NCBI GenBank assembly: GCA_964541155.1
Contig: CAZIPC010000002.1
Coordinates: forward strand, 71,919 to 135,918
Origin: an uncultured Flavobacterium sp.
GTDB lineage: Bacteria > Bacteroidota > Bacteroidia > B-17B0 > Aurantibacillaceae
Reading direction: 5' to 3'
Length of the DNA: 64,000 nucleotides
Positions within the stretch are counted from its first letter, which is position 1. Each line of letters starts with the position of its first letter. Position numbers and translations under genes: made by a program. Shown in pieces: positions 1 through 9,907 of the stretch. The notes below the pieces were generated by a model that had not been told where the DNA came from, searched no databases, and was given only the letters and a program-made list of their open reading frames with translations.

Positions 1-507
1 GCTGCTTGCGAAAAAACAAATGCAGCAGTTTTAGTACATCCATGGCAAATGATGGGACAAGAACATATGACTAAATACTGGTTACCGTGGTTAGTTGGAA
101 TGCCTGCCGAAATTAGTAGAGCAATTTGCTCTATGATTTTCGGAGGAGTATTTGAGAAATTTCCAAAACTAAAAGTATGCTTTGCGCATGGAGGCGGATC
201 ATTTTTACCAACTATTAGTCGTATTGAACACGGCTGGGAATGCCGGCCAGATTTAGTGGCTATTGATAATGAGTTTAATCCCAAAAAATACTTAGGAAAA
301 TTTTGGGTAGATTCACACGTATGCGATCATAAAATGCTTCAATATATTATTGATTTAGTTGGCGCAGATAAAGTTGTGCAAGGTTCAGATTATCCATTTC
401 CATTAGGAGAAGCAGTTCCAGGAACGTTAGTCAGAGAAGCTCCCCTTTCCGATTCAACAAAAAAAATAATAATGGGAGATGCCGCTAGGTCATGGCTTTC
501 TCTTTAA
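1..507 (+). CDS. ACMSD-like metal-dependent amidohydrolase (2-amino-3-carboxymuconate-6-semialdehyde decarboxylase family), 5'-truncated by the window edge
   Basis: Frame 1 is open from base 1 (AACEKTNAAVLVHPWQMMG...). The stretches FAHGGGSF, HGWECRPDL and GSDYPFPLGE resemble the C-terminal half of ACMSD-type amidohydrolases. Confidence 0.7.
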   Translation, partial: AACEKTNAAVLVHPWQMMGQEHMTKYWLPWLVGMPAEISRAICSMIFGGVFEKFPKLKVCFAHGGGSFLPTISRIEHGWECRPDLVAIDNEFNPKKYLGKFWVDSHVCDHKMLQYIIDLVGADKVVQGSDYPFPLGEAVPGTLVREAPLSDSTKKIIMGDAARSWLSL

Positions 508-533
508 TGCTTTAATCAATATCATTTTTTCAA

Positions 534-992
534 ATGTCTCATTTCACAGATTTACAATTAAAAACACTAACTCTTGCAGAAGGCAAAGTTCTTAAAAAAG
601 TAATGATCTATTTTTGGGTCAATAGATTTAATCCAGAAGCTCAAGTAGATTTAATAGACAATGTAGAACTAGTGTTTACAGACGAATCATCTATTATTAT
701 TACGTGTAATGAAGATAGTACTGGGATAGACATATTATCTGATTTTAATTTTGAAGAAGAAAAAGCTCAATTAAAACAAGAGTTTGGAGACAAAATAAAA
801 ATGATTCCAATTGATGCCTCTACTACTAAAATGTGGAAAGATGTTGTTGGCGAAACCATTGAAGCATTTGAATTAAGTAGAGAAGATGAACAATTTTTAA
901 ACGATGCTTTAATTATTAGTTTTAGCAATGAGAAAAGAAGCATTGGAATTAGCCCAAACGATGGATTAATTATTGATTATTGGGAAGAGTAA
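534..992 (+). CDS. hypothetical acidic cytoplasmic protein
   Basis: 152-aa ORF with coding-like composition. No TM segment, no signal peptide and no motif I recognise. Confidence 0.45.
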   Translation: MSHFTDLQLKTLTLAEGKVLKKVMIYFWVNRFNPEAQVDLIDNVELVFTDESSIIITCNEDSTGIDILSDFNFEEEKAQLKQEFGDKIKMIPIDASTTKMWKDVVGETIEAFELSREDEQFLNDALIISFSNEKRSIGISPNDGLIIDYWEE

Positions 993-1142
993 ATTTCATT
1001 AAAATTATATTTAACCTTAGTTATAATTTTTAATTACCTAGCGTTTTAATTTAATTTTAAATTTTATTATTTAGAATCATTATAAATTACGAATTGTGTT
1101 AATAAAATCTAAAAAATACTACCTAGATATACAACATTCTGT

Positions 1143-1150
1143 TATTTTTG
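1143..1150 (+). promoter_or_regulatory. Bacteroidota-type -7 box (TATTTTTG) upstream of actA
   Basis: Matches the TAnnTTTG consensus. It lies 24 nt before the first ATG of the actA ORF. No clear -33 TTTG. Confidence 0.4.
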
Positions 1151-1173
1151 CACGGTGATTTTTTGTCATTAAA

Positions 1174-2496
1174 ATGTCATTAAACAGCTGTAACATACAC
1201 AAAATTAGATATAATTCTATGCATAATAATATGTCTCATTTCTCTTTAAAATCCTTATTTGGCGCAGTTTTTCTGTTTTTTGCTTTCTCATTCGGAATGA
1301 AAGCACAAGATGGTGCCAAATTATTTAAACAAAATTGCGCGGTTTGTCACGCAATAACAGACCAAAAATTAACAGGTCCTGGTTTAGCAGGTGTTTTTGA
1401 TCGTGCTCCTAAAGGAGATTGGTTAAAAAACTGGATTCTTAATAACGAAAAGTTAATTAAGAGCGGCGACGCTTATGCTAACAAAATTTATAATGAAAAT
1501 GGAAAAGCAGCAATGACTGTATTTGAAGGTCAATTAACCGACAAAGACGTTGATGCTATTTTAAGTTATATTAAATCTCCTCCAGCTCCCGCTGTAGCTT
1601 CAGGGCCTGCGGCCGGAACACCAACAGACGTGGTGGAAGAAGAAAAAGGAGGAATAGATCCTTTATATTTAATATTGGGGGCGATAGTTGTTATTGCAAT
1701 TATTATTGGAGCTCTAAGAAGCGTTCGTCATTCTCTACAAAACTCTTACAACAGAAAAGAAGGAAAGGCTGAAACCGAAGAATTAACTTTTGGACAAGAG
1801 GTAAAACAATGGATAAGCGGTCATCGTCGTTTAGTTGGTGTATTTGTTATAATCATTGCTTTTGGCGGAATGAAATCTTGCTGGAATGCTTGTTACAATT
1901 TAGGAGTATACTATGACTACACTACTCAAAAAGGTTATTTACCTGAACAACCAATTAAGTTCTCTCATAAATTACATGCAGGAGATAACGAAATTGCTTG
2001 TCAATACTGTCATAATTCTGTTGAAAAATCTCGTCATGCAGGAATCCCTTCAGTAAATATTTGTATGAATTGTCATAAAGGAATTCAAACAGGGCCTCAA
2101 TATGGCGAAAAAGAAATCGCTAAAATATATGCGGCCTCTGGTTTTGATCCAAAAACAGGAAATTATACTAATCCTGAAAATCCTATCAAATGGATTAAAG
2201 TTCATACTTTACCAGATCATGTTTACTTTAATCACTCTCAACATGTAGTAGTTGGAAAACAAGAGTGTGCTACTTGTCATGGTGATGTGAAAAAGATGAC
2301 TACTGTTGAACAAAAATCTCCATTAACAATGAAATGGTGTATTGAGTGTCACAGAAAAACAGAAGTCGCAATGGAAGGAAACCCTTACTACGACAGATTA
2401 CATAAAGCTTTAAAAGAAAAATATAAAGGACAATACGATGTTAAGTTTACGGTTGATAAAATCGGAGGACTTGAATGCGCTAAATGTCACTATTAA
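1174..2496 (+). CDS. actA: alternative complex III subunit ActA, multihaem cytochrome c with an extra N-terminal monohaem domain
   Basis: Six CxxCH motifs (CAVCH, CQYCH, CMNCH, CATCH, CIECH, CAKCH). The order is signal peptide, class-I cyt c-like domain, one TM helix, then a pentahaem block. It is the first gene of an actABCDEF-ordered operon. The real start is probably ATG 1219 or 1231 (MSHFSLKSLFGAVFLFFAF...). Confidence 0.85.
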   Translation: MSLNSCNIHKIRYNSMHNNMSHFSLKSLFGAVFLFFAFSFGMKAQDGAKLFKQNCAVCHAITDQKLTGPGLAGVFDRAPKGDWLKNWILNNEKLIKSGDAYANKIYNENGKAAMTVFEGQLTDKDVDAILSYIKSPPAPAVASGPAAGTPTDVVEEEKGGIDPLYLILGAIVVIAIIIGALRSVRHSLQNSYNRKEGKAETEELTFGQEVKQWISGHRRLVGVFVIIIAFGGMKSCWNACYNLGVYYDYTTQKGYLPEQPIKFSHKLHAGDNEIACQYCHNSVEKSRHAGIPSVNICMNCHKGIQTGPQYGEKEIAKIYAASGFDPKTGNYTNPENPIKWIKVHTLPDHVYFNHSQHVVVGKQECATCHGDVKKMTTVEQKSPLTMKWCIECHRKTEVAMEGNPYYDRLHKALKEKYKGQYDVKFTVDKIGGLECAKCHY

Positions 2497-2531
2497 TTGT
2501 TAGAAACCGGTAATTACAAGAAATATCACAG

Positions 2532-5500
2532 ATGACTATGTCGAAAAAATACTGGAAAGGTTTACCTGAATTAAACAACAGCGAAGACTTTTTAAAAAAC
2601 AAGAACAATGAGTTCGCAGAACAATTACCAATGGAGGAATTCCTAAGTGGTGATGATGTAAATTCTAAAGGAACAAGCCGAAGAGATTTCTTAAAAGTAA
2701 TGGGCTTCTCTACTGCAGCCGTTGCTTTAGCGGCTTGCGAAACTCCTGTAAACAAATCTATTCCTTATGTAGTAAAACCAGAAGAGGTTACTCCAGGTGT
2801 TGCAAATTTTTATGCATCAACATTTTATGATGGGCATGATTATGCATCAGTGTTAGTAAAAACTCGCGAAGGTCGTCCTATTAAAATTGAAGGGAATGAC
2901 TTATCAAAAGTAAGTCACGGAGCAACTAGTGCACGTGTTCAATCTTCTGTATTAAGTTTATATGATGGCGCTCGTTTAAACGGACCATTAGCTAAAGGCG
3001 AACCAACTACTTGGAAAAATGTTGATGACGCTGTTTCAAAGTCACTATCTTCTGGAACTAATGTTATTTTAAGTTCTACCATAATTAGCCCTTCTACAAA
3101 GGCTGTTATTGCTGAATTTATTGCAAAATACCCAAATACTAAACATGTTACTTACGACGCTATTTCTTATGCTGCTTTAATTAGAGCAAATAAAAATGTA
3201 TTTGGAAAAGCGGTTGTGTCTTCTTATGATTTTTCTAAAGCAAAAACAATTGTTGGAGTTGCTTGTGATTTCCTAGGAACGTGGTTAAATCCTATTGAAT
3301 TTGCTAATCAATACAGTAAAACTCGTAAAGTTACTCGTGAGAATTTAGAAATGAGTAAACACTATCATTTCGAAGCAAATCTATCATTAACTGGTGCTAA
3401 TGCAGATGAACGTTATATGATTAAAGCTTCTGAATATGGTAAAGTTATTGTGTCATTGTTCAATGAAGTTGCAAAAGCTACAGGAAACGCAAAGGTTTCA
3501 GAAGCAAATATATCAAATGCAGACGCCTCTAAAGCAATTATAAAAGCAGCAAAAGAATTAGTTGAAAATAAAGGCAAATCACTAGTTGTGTGCGGATTTA
3601 ATGATGAAAGTTGCCAAACATTGGTAAACGGAATCAACAAAATGCTAGATAACTATGGAAAAACTGTAGATGTAGAAATGCACTACAATTTAAAACAAGG
3701 TGATGACAGAGAATTTTTAAGCTTAGTTGCAGATTTAAATGCTGGCAAAATTGGAACATTAATGACATACAATTGTAATCCAGTTTACACTGCTCCTGCT
3801 TCTCTTAAATTTGAATCTGCCTATAAAAAAGCAACTGTAAAAGTTTCTTTTTCTCAAACACTAGACGAAACAGCATTATTAGCTGATTATGTATGCCCAG
3901 ATAATAACTTCTTAGAATCTTGGGGAGATGCAAATCCAAAACGTGGACATTATTCATTACAACAACCTACAATTAATCAAATATTTGCGGCTCCTCGTTA
4001 CGAAGGAACTCGTCAAGTTCAAGATACATTATTAAAATGGTCAGGCATTAAAGCTGATTATTTAACATACTTACAAGGCTATTGGAATAACCATATTTTC
4101 CCTCAACAAGGAAAATATTTAGACTTTGCTTCTTTTTGGGCACATACGTTACATGATGGCGTGTTAAAAGTATCTGTTTTAAAAGATGCTCCAATTGCTC
4201 CTATGGCAAAAGACTCTACTGGAAAACCATTAATGGTTGGCGTAGCAGCAATGATTAATGAATCTTCTGATTCTATTCAGGCTATTCCTAATAGCATTAA
4301 ACATATAAATCCGATTATTGCTACTCCAGAATCCACAATATCACTTCCTACTCCCGACTACAATAAAGCTGCATCTACTGCAACTTCTGTAAAAGGTGGT
4401 CAGTTTGAGTTAATAGTATATGAGAAAGTAGGTTTAGGAAACGGAAATCAAAGTAACAATCCATGGTTAATGGAGTTACCAGATCCTATTTCTAAAGTAA
4501 CGTGGGATAATTATATTACAATGAATCCTGCAGACGTTGCTGCAATGGGATTAAATGAGATGAAACGTCAAGACATTATTGGTTCAATCGTTGATTTAAC
4601 TGTAAATGGCGTTACAATAAAAGTTCCTGTTTATCCTCAGCCAGGACAAACAGCTGGAACTATTGGTTTAGCTGTTGGGTATGGTCGCACAGCAGAAACA
4701 ATGAAAGTTGCGTTTGGAATTGGCGTTAACGCTTATCCATTTGTAACAGTATCAAACGATACATTACAAAATGTAAGTTTATCAGTTTCTATATCAAAAA
4801 CAAACGAAGAACATAAATTCGCTGCTACTCAAATTCATCACACTATTATGGGTCGTGAAGAGTATTTGTTGCGTGAAGTTTCTTTAAATGAATATAAATC
4901 AAAAGAAAAAGAAGTTTGGAATCCTGCCGCTATGTTACCAATGCACGGTGGCGGTAAAAAAGCAGTAGAAGAGATTGATTTATGGGATGCTCATCCTCGC
5001 ATGAACCATAAATGGGGATTAACCATTGATATGACCTCTTGTATTGGCTGTGCAGCTTGTGTTGTAGCTTGTACTGTAGAGAACAATGTTCATGTTGTAG
5101 GTAAATCAGAAGTTAGTAGAACTCGTGAAATGCACTGGTTGCGTATCGATCGTTACTACACCTCAGATATGAACAAAGAAAAAGCTTCTGAAGAACATGT
5201 GGGCGCAATGCAAATGTACTTAGATATGGAAAATCCTTCTTTAAATCCGAAGGTAACTTTCCAACCTATGATGTGTCAACATTGTAATCATGCTCCATGC
5301 GAAACAGTTTGTCCTGTTCTAGCAACTAGTCATAGTACAGAAGGATTAAATATGATGACTTATAACCGTTGTATTGGTACTCGTTACTGTGCTAACAACT
5401 GTCCTTTTAAAGTTCGCCGTTTCAACTGGTTCAATTATATTGAAAACGATATGTTCACTGATATTAATCCAGCTCAACAAGACTTAGGTCGCATGGTATT

Positions 5501-5879
5501 AAATCCAGATGTAGTTGTTCGTTCTCGTGGTGTAATGGAAAAATGTTCAATGTGTCAACAACGTTTACAAGCTGGTAAATTAGTTGCTAAAGCTGCTAAA
5601 ACCCCAATAGTAGATGGTTCTATTAAAACGGCTTGTCAACAAGCTTGTCCTACAAACGCCATCATGTTTGGAGATGTTAACGACGAGGCTTCTGCAATTA
5701 ATACATGGAGAAATGATGATAAAAATTATTTCTTATTAGAAGAAGTTGGTGTTAAACCAACAGTATCTTACTTATTAAAAGTTAGAAATCAAGAAGAAGC
5801 TATTCATCATGGAGAGCATGCAACAACTAAGGTTGCTGGTCACGAAGAAGAAGCTCATACAGAAAAACATCATTCATAA
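2532..5879 (+). CDS. actB: alternative complex III subunit ActB (molybdopterin-oxidoreductase-like domain fused to a 4Fe-4S ferredoxin domain)
   Basis: Twin-arginine signal SRRDFLKVMGFSTAAVALAA. Large MopB-like N-terminal part. C-terminal Cys clusters CIGCAACVVAC, CQHCNHAPCETVCP and CIGTRYCANNCP. 1115 aa. Confidence 0.9.
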   Translation: MTMSKKYWKGLPELNNSEDFLKNKNNEFAEQLPMEEFLSGDDVNSKGTSRRDFLKVMGFSTAAVALAACETPVNKSIPYVVKPEEVTPGVANFYASTFYDGHDYASVLVKTREGRPIKIEGNDLSKVSHGATSARVQSSVLSLYDGARLNGPLAKGEPTTWKNVDDAVSKSLSSGTNVILSSTIISPSTKAVIAEFIAKYPNTKHVTYDAISYAALIRANKNVFGKAVVSSYDFSKAKTIVGVACDFLGTWLNPIEFANQYSKTRKVTRENLEMSKHYHFEANLSLTGANADERYMIKASEYGKVIVSLFNEVAKATGNAKVSEANISNADASKAIIKAAKELVENKGKSLVVCGFNDESCQTLVNGINKMLDNYGKTVDVEMHYNLKQGDDREFLSLVADLNAGKIGTLMTYNCNPVYTAPASLKFESAYKKATVKVSFSQTLDETALLADYVCPDNNFLESWGDANPKRGHYSLQQPTINQIFAAPRYEGTRQVQDTLLKWSGIKADYLTYLQGYWNNHIFPQQGKYLDFASFWAHTLHDGVLKVSVLKDAPIAPMAKDSTGKPLMVGVAAMINESSDSIQAIPNSIKHINPIIATPESTISLPTPDYNKAASTATSVKGGQFELIVYEKVGLGNGNQSNNPWLMELPDPISKVTWDNYITMNPADVAAMGLNEMKRQDIIGSIVDLTVNGVTIKVPVYPQPGQTAGTIGLAVGYGRTAETMKVAFGIGVNAYPFVTVSNDTLQNVSLSVSISKTNEEHKFAATQIHHTIMGREEYLLREVSLNEYKSKEKEVWNPAAMLPMHGGGKKAVEEIDLWDAHPRMNHKWGLTIDMTSCIGCAACVVACTVENNVHVVGKSEVSRTREMHWLRIDRYYTSDMNKEKASEEHVGAMQMYLDMENPSLNPKVTFQPMMCQHCNHAPCETVCPVLATSHSTEGLNMMTYNRCIGTRYCANNCPFKVRRFNWFNYIENDMFTDINPAQQDLGRMVLNPDVVVRSRGVMEKCSMCQQRLQAGKLVAKAAKTPIVDGSIKTACQQACPTNAIMFGDVNDEASAINTWRNDDKNYFLLEEVGVKPTVSYLLKVRNQEEAIHHGEHATTKVAGHEEEAHTEKHHS

Positions 5880-5924
5880 TAAACAATAAAAAAATTAAAT
5901 TATAAATTCTGAATTTTAAATAAT

Positions 5925-7313
5925 ATGCACGCAGAATCACAGATAAGAGAGCCTTTGATTTTAGGTAGTAAAACTTACCGAAACATCACCGATGATATTA
6001 TTGCACCTATTGAAGGTAAGGCAAACAGATTATGGTATATTTTGTTTACCATATCTGTATTAGCTTTCATGTGGGGTATCGGATGTTTATCATACACTAT
6101 TGGCGTTGGTATTGGAGCTTGGGGTTCTAATAACGGTGTTGATTGGGCGTGGGATATTACAAATTTCGTATGGTGGATTGGTATTGGTCATGCAGGAACT
6201 CTAATTTCTGCAGTATTATTATTATTCCGTCAAAAATGGCGTATGGCTATTAACCGTTCGGCTGAGGCAATGACAATTTTTGCGGTATTATGCGCTGCTA
6301 TTTTCGTAACATTACATACTGGTCGTCCTTGGTTAGATTACATGCTATTCCCATTACCAAATCAATTTGGTTCTTTATGGCCTAATTTTAACTCTCCGTT
6401 ATTATGGGATGTGTTTGCCGTATCAACTTATGCAACTGTATCTATCGTTTTCTGGTATATTGGTTTAATTCCTGATTTTGCTATGATTCGTGATAGAGTA
6501 GTTAAACCTAGAATGAAAAAAGCATACTCCTTGTTATCATTTGGTTGGGGAGGCTCTGTTCGTCACTGGTCTCGTTTTGAAGAAGTCTCTTTAGTATTAG
6601 CAGGTTTATCAACTCCATTAGTATTCTCGGTACACTCAATTGTATCATTTGACTTCGCAACTTCTGTGGTGCCAGGATGGCATACAACAATCTTCCCTCC
6701 TTATTTCGTATCAGGTGCGGTTTTCTCTGGATTTGCAATGGTACTAACATTAATGATTATCATTCGTAAGGTTTATAAATTAGAAGCGTATTTAACCATC
6801 AAACATATTGAATACATGAATATTGTAATCATTGTTACAGGTTCAATTGTTGGTGTTGCATATTTAACAGAATTATTTGTTGCTTGGTATTCTGGAGTAG
6901 AATGGGAACAATATGCATTCTTAAACAGAGCAACTGGTCCTATGTGGTGGTCTTATGCAGCAATGATGACTTGTAATGTAATTTCTCCTCAATTATTTTG
7001 GTTTAAAAAATTACGTACTAACTTGGCATTCACATTTATATTATCTATTGTAGTTAATATTGGTATGTGGTTTGAACGTTTTGTGATTATTGTGCCAACT
7101 CTATGTCGTACATATTTACCATCAACATGGAACTCTTATTCTCCAACTTTTATTGACGTGGGTATCTTTGTTGGAACAATTGGAATGTTTTTCACATTAT
7201 TTTTATTATACTCTCGTACATTCCCTGTAATTGCACAAGCCGAATTAAAATCGATTTTAAAATCATCAGGAGAAGAGCATAAAAAATTAGCAGCAAATCA
7301 ATCTCACCACTAG
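5925..7313 (+). CDS. actC: alternative complex III subunit ActC (NrfD/PsrC-like polytopic quinol-interacting membrane subunit)
   Basis: 462 aa with about 10 hydrophobic helices and NrfD-like composition. Sits directly after actB. Confidence 0.85.
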   Translation: MHAESQIREPLILGSKTYRNITDDIIAPIEGKANRLWYILFTISVLAFMWGIGCLSYTIGVGIGAWGSNNGVDWAWDITNFVWWIGIGHAGTLISAVLLLFRQKWRMAINRSAEAMTIFAVLCAAIFVTLHTGRPWLDYMLFPLPNQFGSLWPNFNSPLLWDVFAVSTYATVSIVFWYIGLIPDFAMIRDRVVKPRMKKAYSLLSFGWGGSVRHWSRFEEVSLVLAGLSTPLVFSVHSIVSFDFATSVVPGWHTTIFPPYFVSGAVFSGFAMVLTLMIIIRKVYKLEAYLTIKHIEYMNIVIIVTGSIVGVAYLTELFVAWYSGVEWEQYAFLNRATGPMWWSYAAMMTCNVISPQLFWFKKLRTNLAFTFILSIVVNIGMWFERFVIIVPTLCRTYLPSTWNSYSPTFIDVGIFVGTIGMFFTLFLLYSRTFPVIAQAELKSILKSSGEEHKKLAANQSHH

Positions 7314-7344
7314 AAATAAGAACTAAGACATTAGAAATTATAAT

Positions 7345-7893
7345 ATGGCAACTAAACAAATTATACACGGCATCTACTCAGACGAAGTTCCTTTATTAGA
7401 GGCTTGTACAAAATTACGTGCAGCAGGAATTCGAATTAAAGATGTGTTTACACCGTTTCCTGTTCATGGCATAGATCCAATTGTTGGTGTGCCCCGCACT
7501 CGTATTGCGATATGTGCATTTATTTATGGAATCACAGGATTATCTTTGGCTACATTAATGATGTGGTATATGATGGTTCATGATTGGCCAAATGACATTG
7601 GTGGTAAACCAAATTGGAATTATTATTCAAATATTCCTGCATTTATCCCTATTAGCTTTGAGGCAACAGTATTTTGTGCTGCTCATGGTATGTCTTTAAC
7701 GTACTTATTACGTTGTTGGTTAGTTCCTGGCGCAAAAGCTAAAAATCCAGATCCTCGTACAACAGATGATAAGTTTATGATTTATTTAGAATTGAACGAT
7801 GAACAATCAAAGAAAGCTGATGAAATTTTACGTTCTACAGGAGCAGAAGAAGTAAATTACAAAGGCACAATAACAATTGAACCAAAATATTAA
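7345..7893 (+). CDS. actD: alternative complex III subunit ActD (DUF3341-type membrane protein)
   Basis: 182 aa. N-terminal soluble segment (DVFTPFPVHGID) followed by two TM helices. Operon position fits. Confidence 0.75.
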   Translation: MATKQIIHGIYSDEVPLLEACTKLRAAGIRIKDVFTPFPVHGIDPIVGVPRTRIAICAFIYGITGLSLATLMMWYMMVHDWPNDIGGKPNWNYYSNIPAFIPISFEATVFCAAHGMSLTYLLRCWLVPGAKAKNPDPRTTDDKFMIYLELNDEQSKKADEILRSTGAEEVNYKGTITIEPKY

Positions 7894-7912
7894 TTAGATA
7901 AATACACTAGAT

Positions 7913-8545
7913 ATGAACTTATCATACAAAAATCTTAAACTAGTAGCTTGCGGTACGTTTGCGGTTATGTTAGTAGCGGGTTTTACATCATGTGGTAAAA
8001 AAGATGCTAACAGTCCTGGATTTGAATTCATGCCAGATATGTATCGCTCTCCATCTGTAGAATATTACGGAACCCACATTATAAATGGAGATACTTTAAA
8101 TAACGCAATGTTACCTGTTGCTGGTACAATAGCTAGAGGATATATTCCATATGCGTATCCAAATACACCTGAAGGTTATGAACAAGCGGGAATGTACTTA
8201 AAAAATCCAATTGCTTATTCTGAAGCTATAGAAAAAGAAGGTGAAGTTTTATTTGGTAAATTTTGTGTTCATTGCCATGGAGCAACAGGTGCAGGTGACG
8301 GAAAAGTAGGCGCAAAGTTACCAGGTCCTCCTCCTGCATACAATGGTCCACTAAAAAACTTACCTGAAGGTAAAATTTTTCATTCCATTACTTATGGTAA
8401 AAACTCAATGGGCTCGCACGCTAGTCAATTAACCCAAGAAGAAAGATGGAAATTAGTGTATTATGTACAAAAATTGCAAGGACCAAAAACTGTAGCAACA
8501 GATAGTACAAAAACTATTGCTCCAGCAGATTCCACTAAACATTAA
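7913..8545 (+). CDS. actE: alternative complex III subunit ActE, monohaem cytochrome c lipoprotein
   Basis: Lipobox-like LVAGFTSC, a single CVHCH haem motif, and a downstream Met (GKNSMGSH). Confidence 0.8.
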   Translation: MNLSYKNLKLVACGTFAVMLVAGFTSCGKKDANSPGFEFMPDMYRSPSVEYYGTHIINGDTLNNAMLPVAGTIARGYIPYAYPNTPEGYEQAGMYLKNPIAYSEAIEKEGEVLFGKFCVHCHGATGAGDGKVGAKLPGPPPAYNGPLKNLPEGKIFHSITYGKNSMGSHASQLTQEERWKLVYYVQKLQGPKTVATDSTKTIAPADSTKH

Positions 8546-8583
8546 TTAACAACGAACTTTTATATACGACAGAATTTTTTAAT

Positions 8584-9816
8584 ATGAACACTGATAAATT
8601 AAATTTCGTAGTACCAGCTAAAGCAAAAACAACATCATTTATTTTGATGGCTGTTGGCTTAGTATCTATCATATGTATGTTTATGTTTGATAAACAACCT
8701 GATGATCATCACTATCATGCTACTAGAGCATGGGCTAATATTTTTGCTGGCTCTTTCTTTTTTATGGCTATATCTTTAGCTGCAGCTTTTTTCTTAGGTC
8801 TACAATACGCAGCTGAGTCTGGATGGTCAACCACTATCAAAAGAATCATTGAAGCTGTTACATGGTATCTGCCTGTTGGATTGTCGTTTTTATTATTAGT
8901 GTTTATTTGTGGTCAAATTCACATGCACACTATTTATCCATGGATGACCGAAGGTGTAGCAGATGAAGCTTCTGCAAATTATGATAAAGTAATTGCTGGA
9001 AAAATAGGTTACTTTGGAGTGTTTTGGTGGATTCGCACCATTTTATATATGGTAGCATGGGTTATGTTTACATGGAAACTAAGAAAAAACTCTATGGATG
9101 CTGATGCATTAGGACACGAAGAAGCAAAAGGATACCACTGGAAAAACGTAAAATTAAGCGCTTGGTTTATGGTGGTTTTTGCCGTATCATCTTCTACCTC
9201 TGCTTGGGACTGGATAATGAGCATAGATACTCATTGGTTTTCTACAATGATGGGATGGTATATTTTTTCTGGAATGTGGGTTAGCGCTCTAATTACAATT
9301 ACAATCTTAGTTGTATGGTTAAAAAAATTAGGTTACTTAGAATTTGTTACCGAAAGTACGGTTCATGATATTGGAAAATGGATGTTTGCGATTTCTTTTT
9401 TATGGACATATTTATATTTCTCTCAATTTATGTTAATATGGTATGCAGATATTCCTGAAGAAATTGTGTATTTCCAAACACGTTGGGAATCATATAAAGC
9501 ATTAATGTGGACGGTATTATTAGTTAACTTTGCATTTCCAATGATTATGTTAATGAGCCGCGATTCAAAAAGAAATTATTTCTTCTTAATATTTGTTGGT
9601 GTAATTATATTTATTGGTCATTATTTAGATATTATCATGGTAGTAATGCCAGGTACAGTTGGTCATCACTGGACGGGATTAAGCTGGATGGAATTAGGAA
9701 ATTTCTTGTTTTTCTTAGGTGTATTTATGTATGTGGTTTTAACAAATCTTTCTAAACGCCCTTTAAAGGTAAAAAACCATCCTTTCTTAGAAGAAAGTGC
9801 TCATCACTCATACTAA
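8584..9816 (+). CDS. actF: alternative complex III subunit ActF (second polytopic membrane subunit)
   Basis: 410 aa polytopic membrane protein in the sixth position of the act operon. Confidence 0.75.
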   Translation: MNTDKLNFVVPAKAKTTSFILMAVGLVSIICMFMFDKQPDDHHYHATRAWANIFAGSFFFMAISLAAAFFLGLQYAAESGWSTTIKRIIEAVTWYLPVGLSFLLLVFICGQIHMHTIYPWMTEGVADEASANYDKVIAGKIGYFGVFWWIRTILYMVAWVMFTWKLRKNSMDADALGHEEAKGYHWKNVKLSAWFMVVFAVSSSTSAWDWIMSIDTHWFSTMMGWYIFSGMWVSALITITILVVWLKKLGYLEFVTESTVHDIGKWMFAISFLWTYLYFSQFMLIWYADIPEEIVYFQTRWESYKALMWTVLLVNFAFPMIMLMSRDSKRNYFFLIFVGVIIFIGHYLDIIMVVMPGTVGHHWTGLSWMELGNFLFFLGVFMYVVLTNLSKRPLKVKNHPFLEESAHHSY

Positions 9817-9852
9817 TATTAATAAACTAAAAAAGAATTATAAATTATTTGA

Positions 9853-9879
9853 TGTGATAGAAAAAATAATTTTATCACA
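9853..9879 (+). other. weak hairpin between actF and the oxidase genes
   Basis: TGTGATA (9853-9859) pairs with TATCACA (9873-9879) across a 13-nt A-rich loop. No clear U tract. Confidence 0.2.
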
Positions 9880-9907
9880 AGACAATTAAAAAAATAAATA
9901 TCGAGAT

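Noticed and set aside
9853-9879. Hairpin between actF and the oxidase genes as a possible intra-operon terminator or processing site
   Set aside because: It has only a 7-bp AT-rich stem, a 13-nt loop and no U tract, which is too weak to call. I kept it as a low-confidence feature only.
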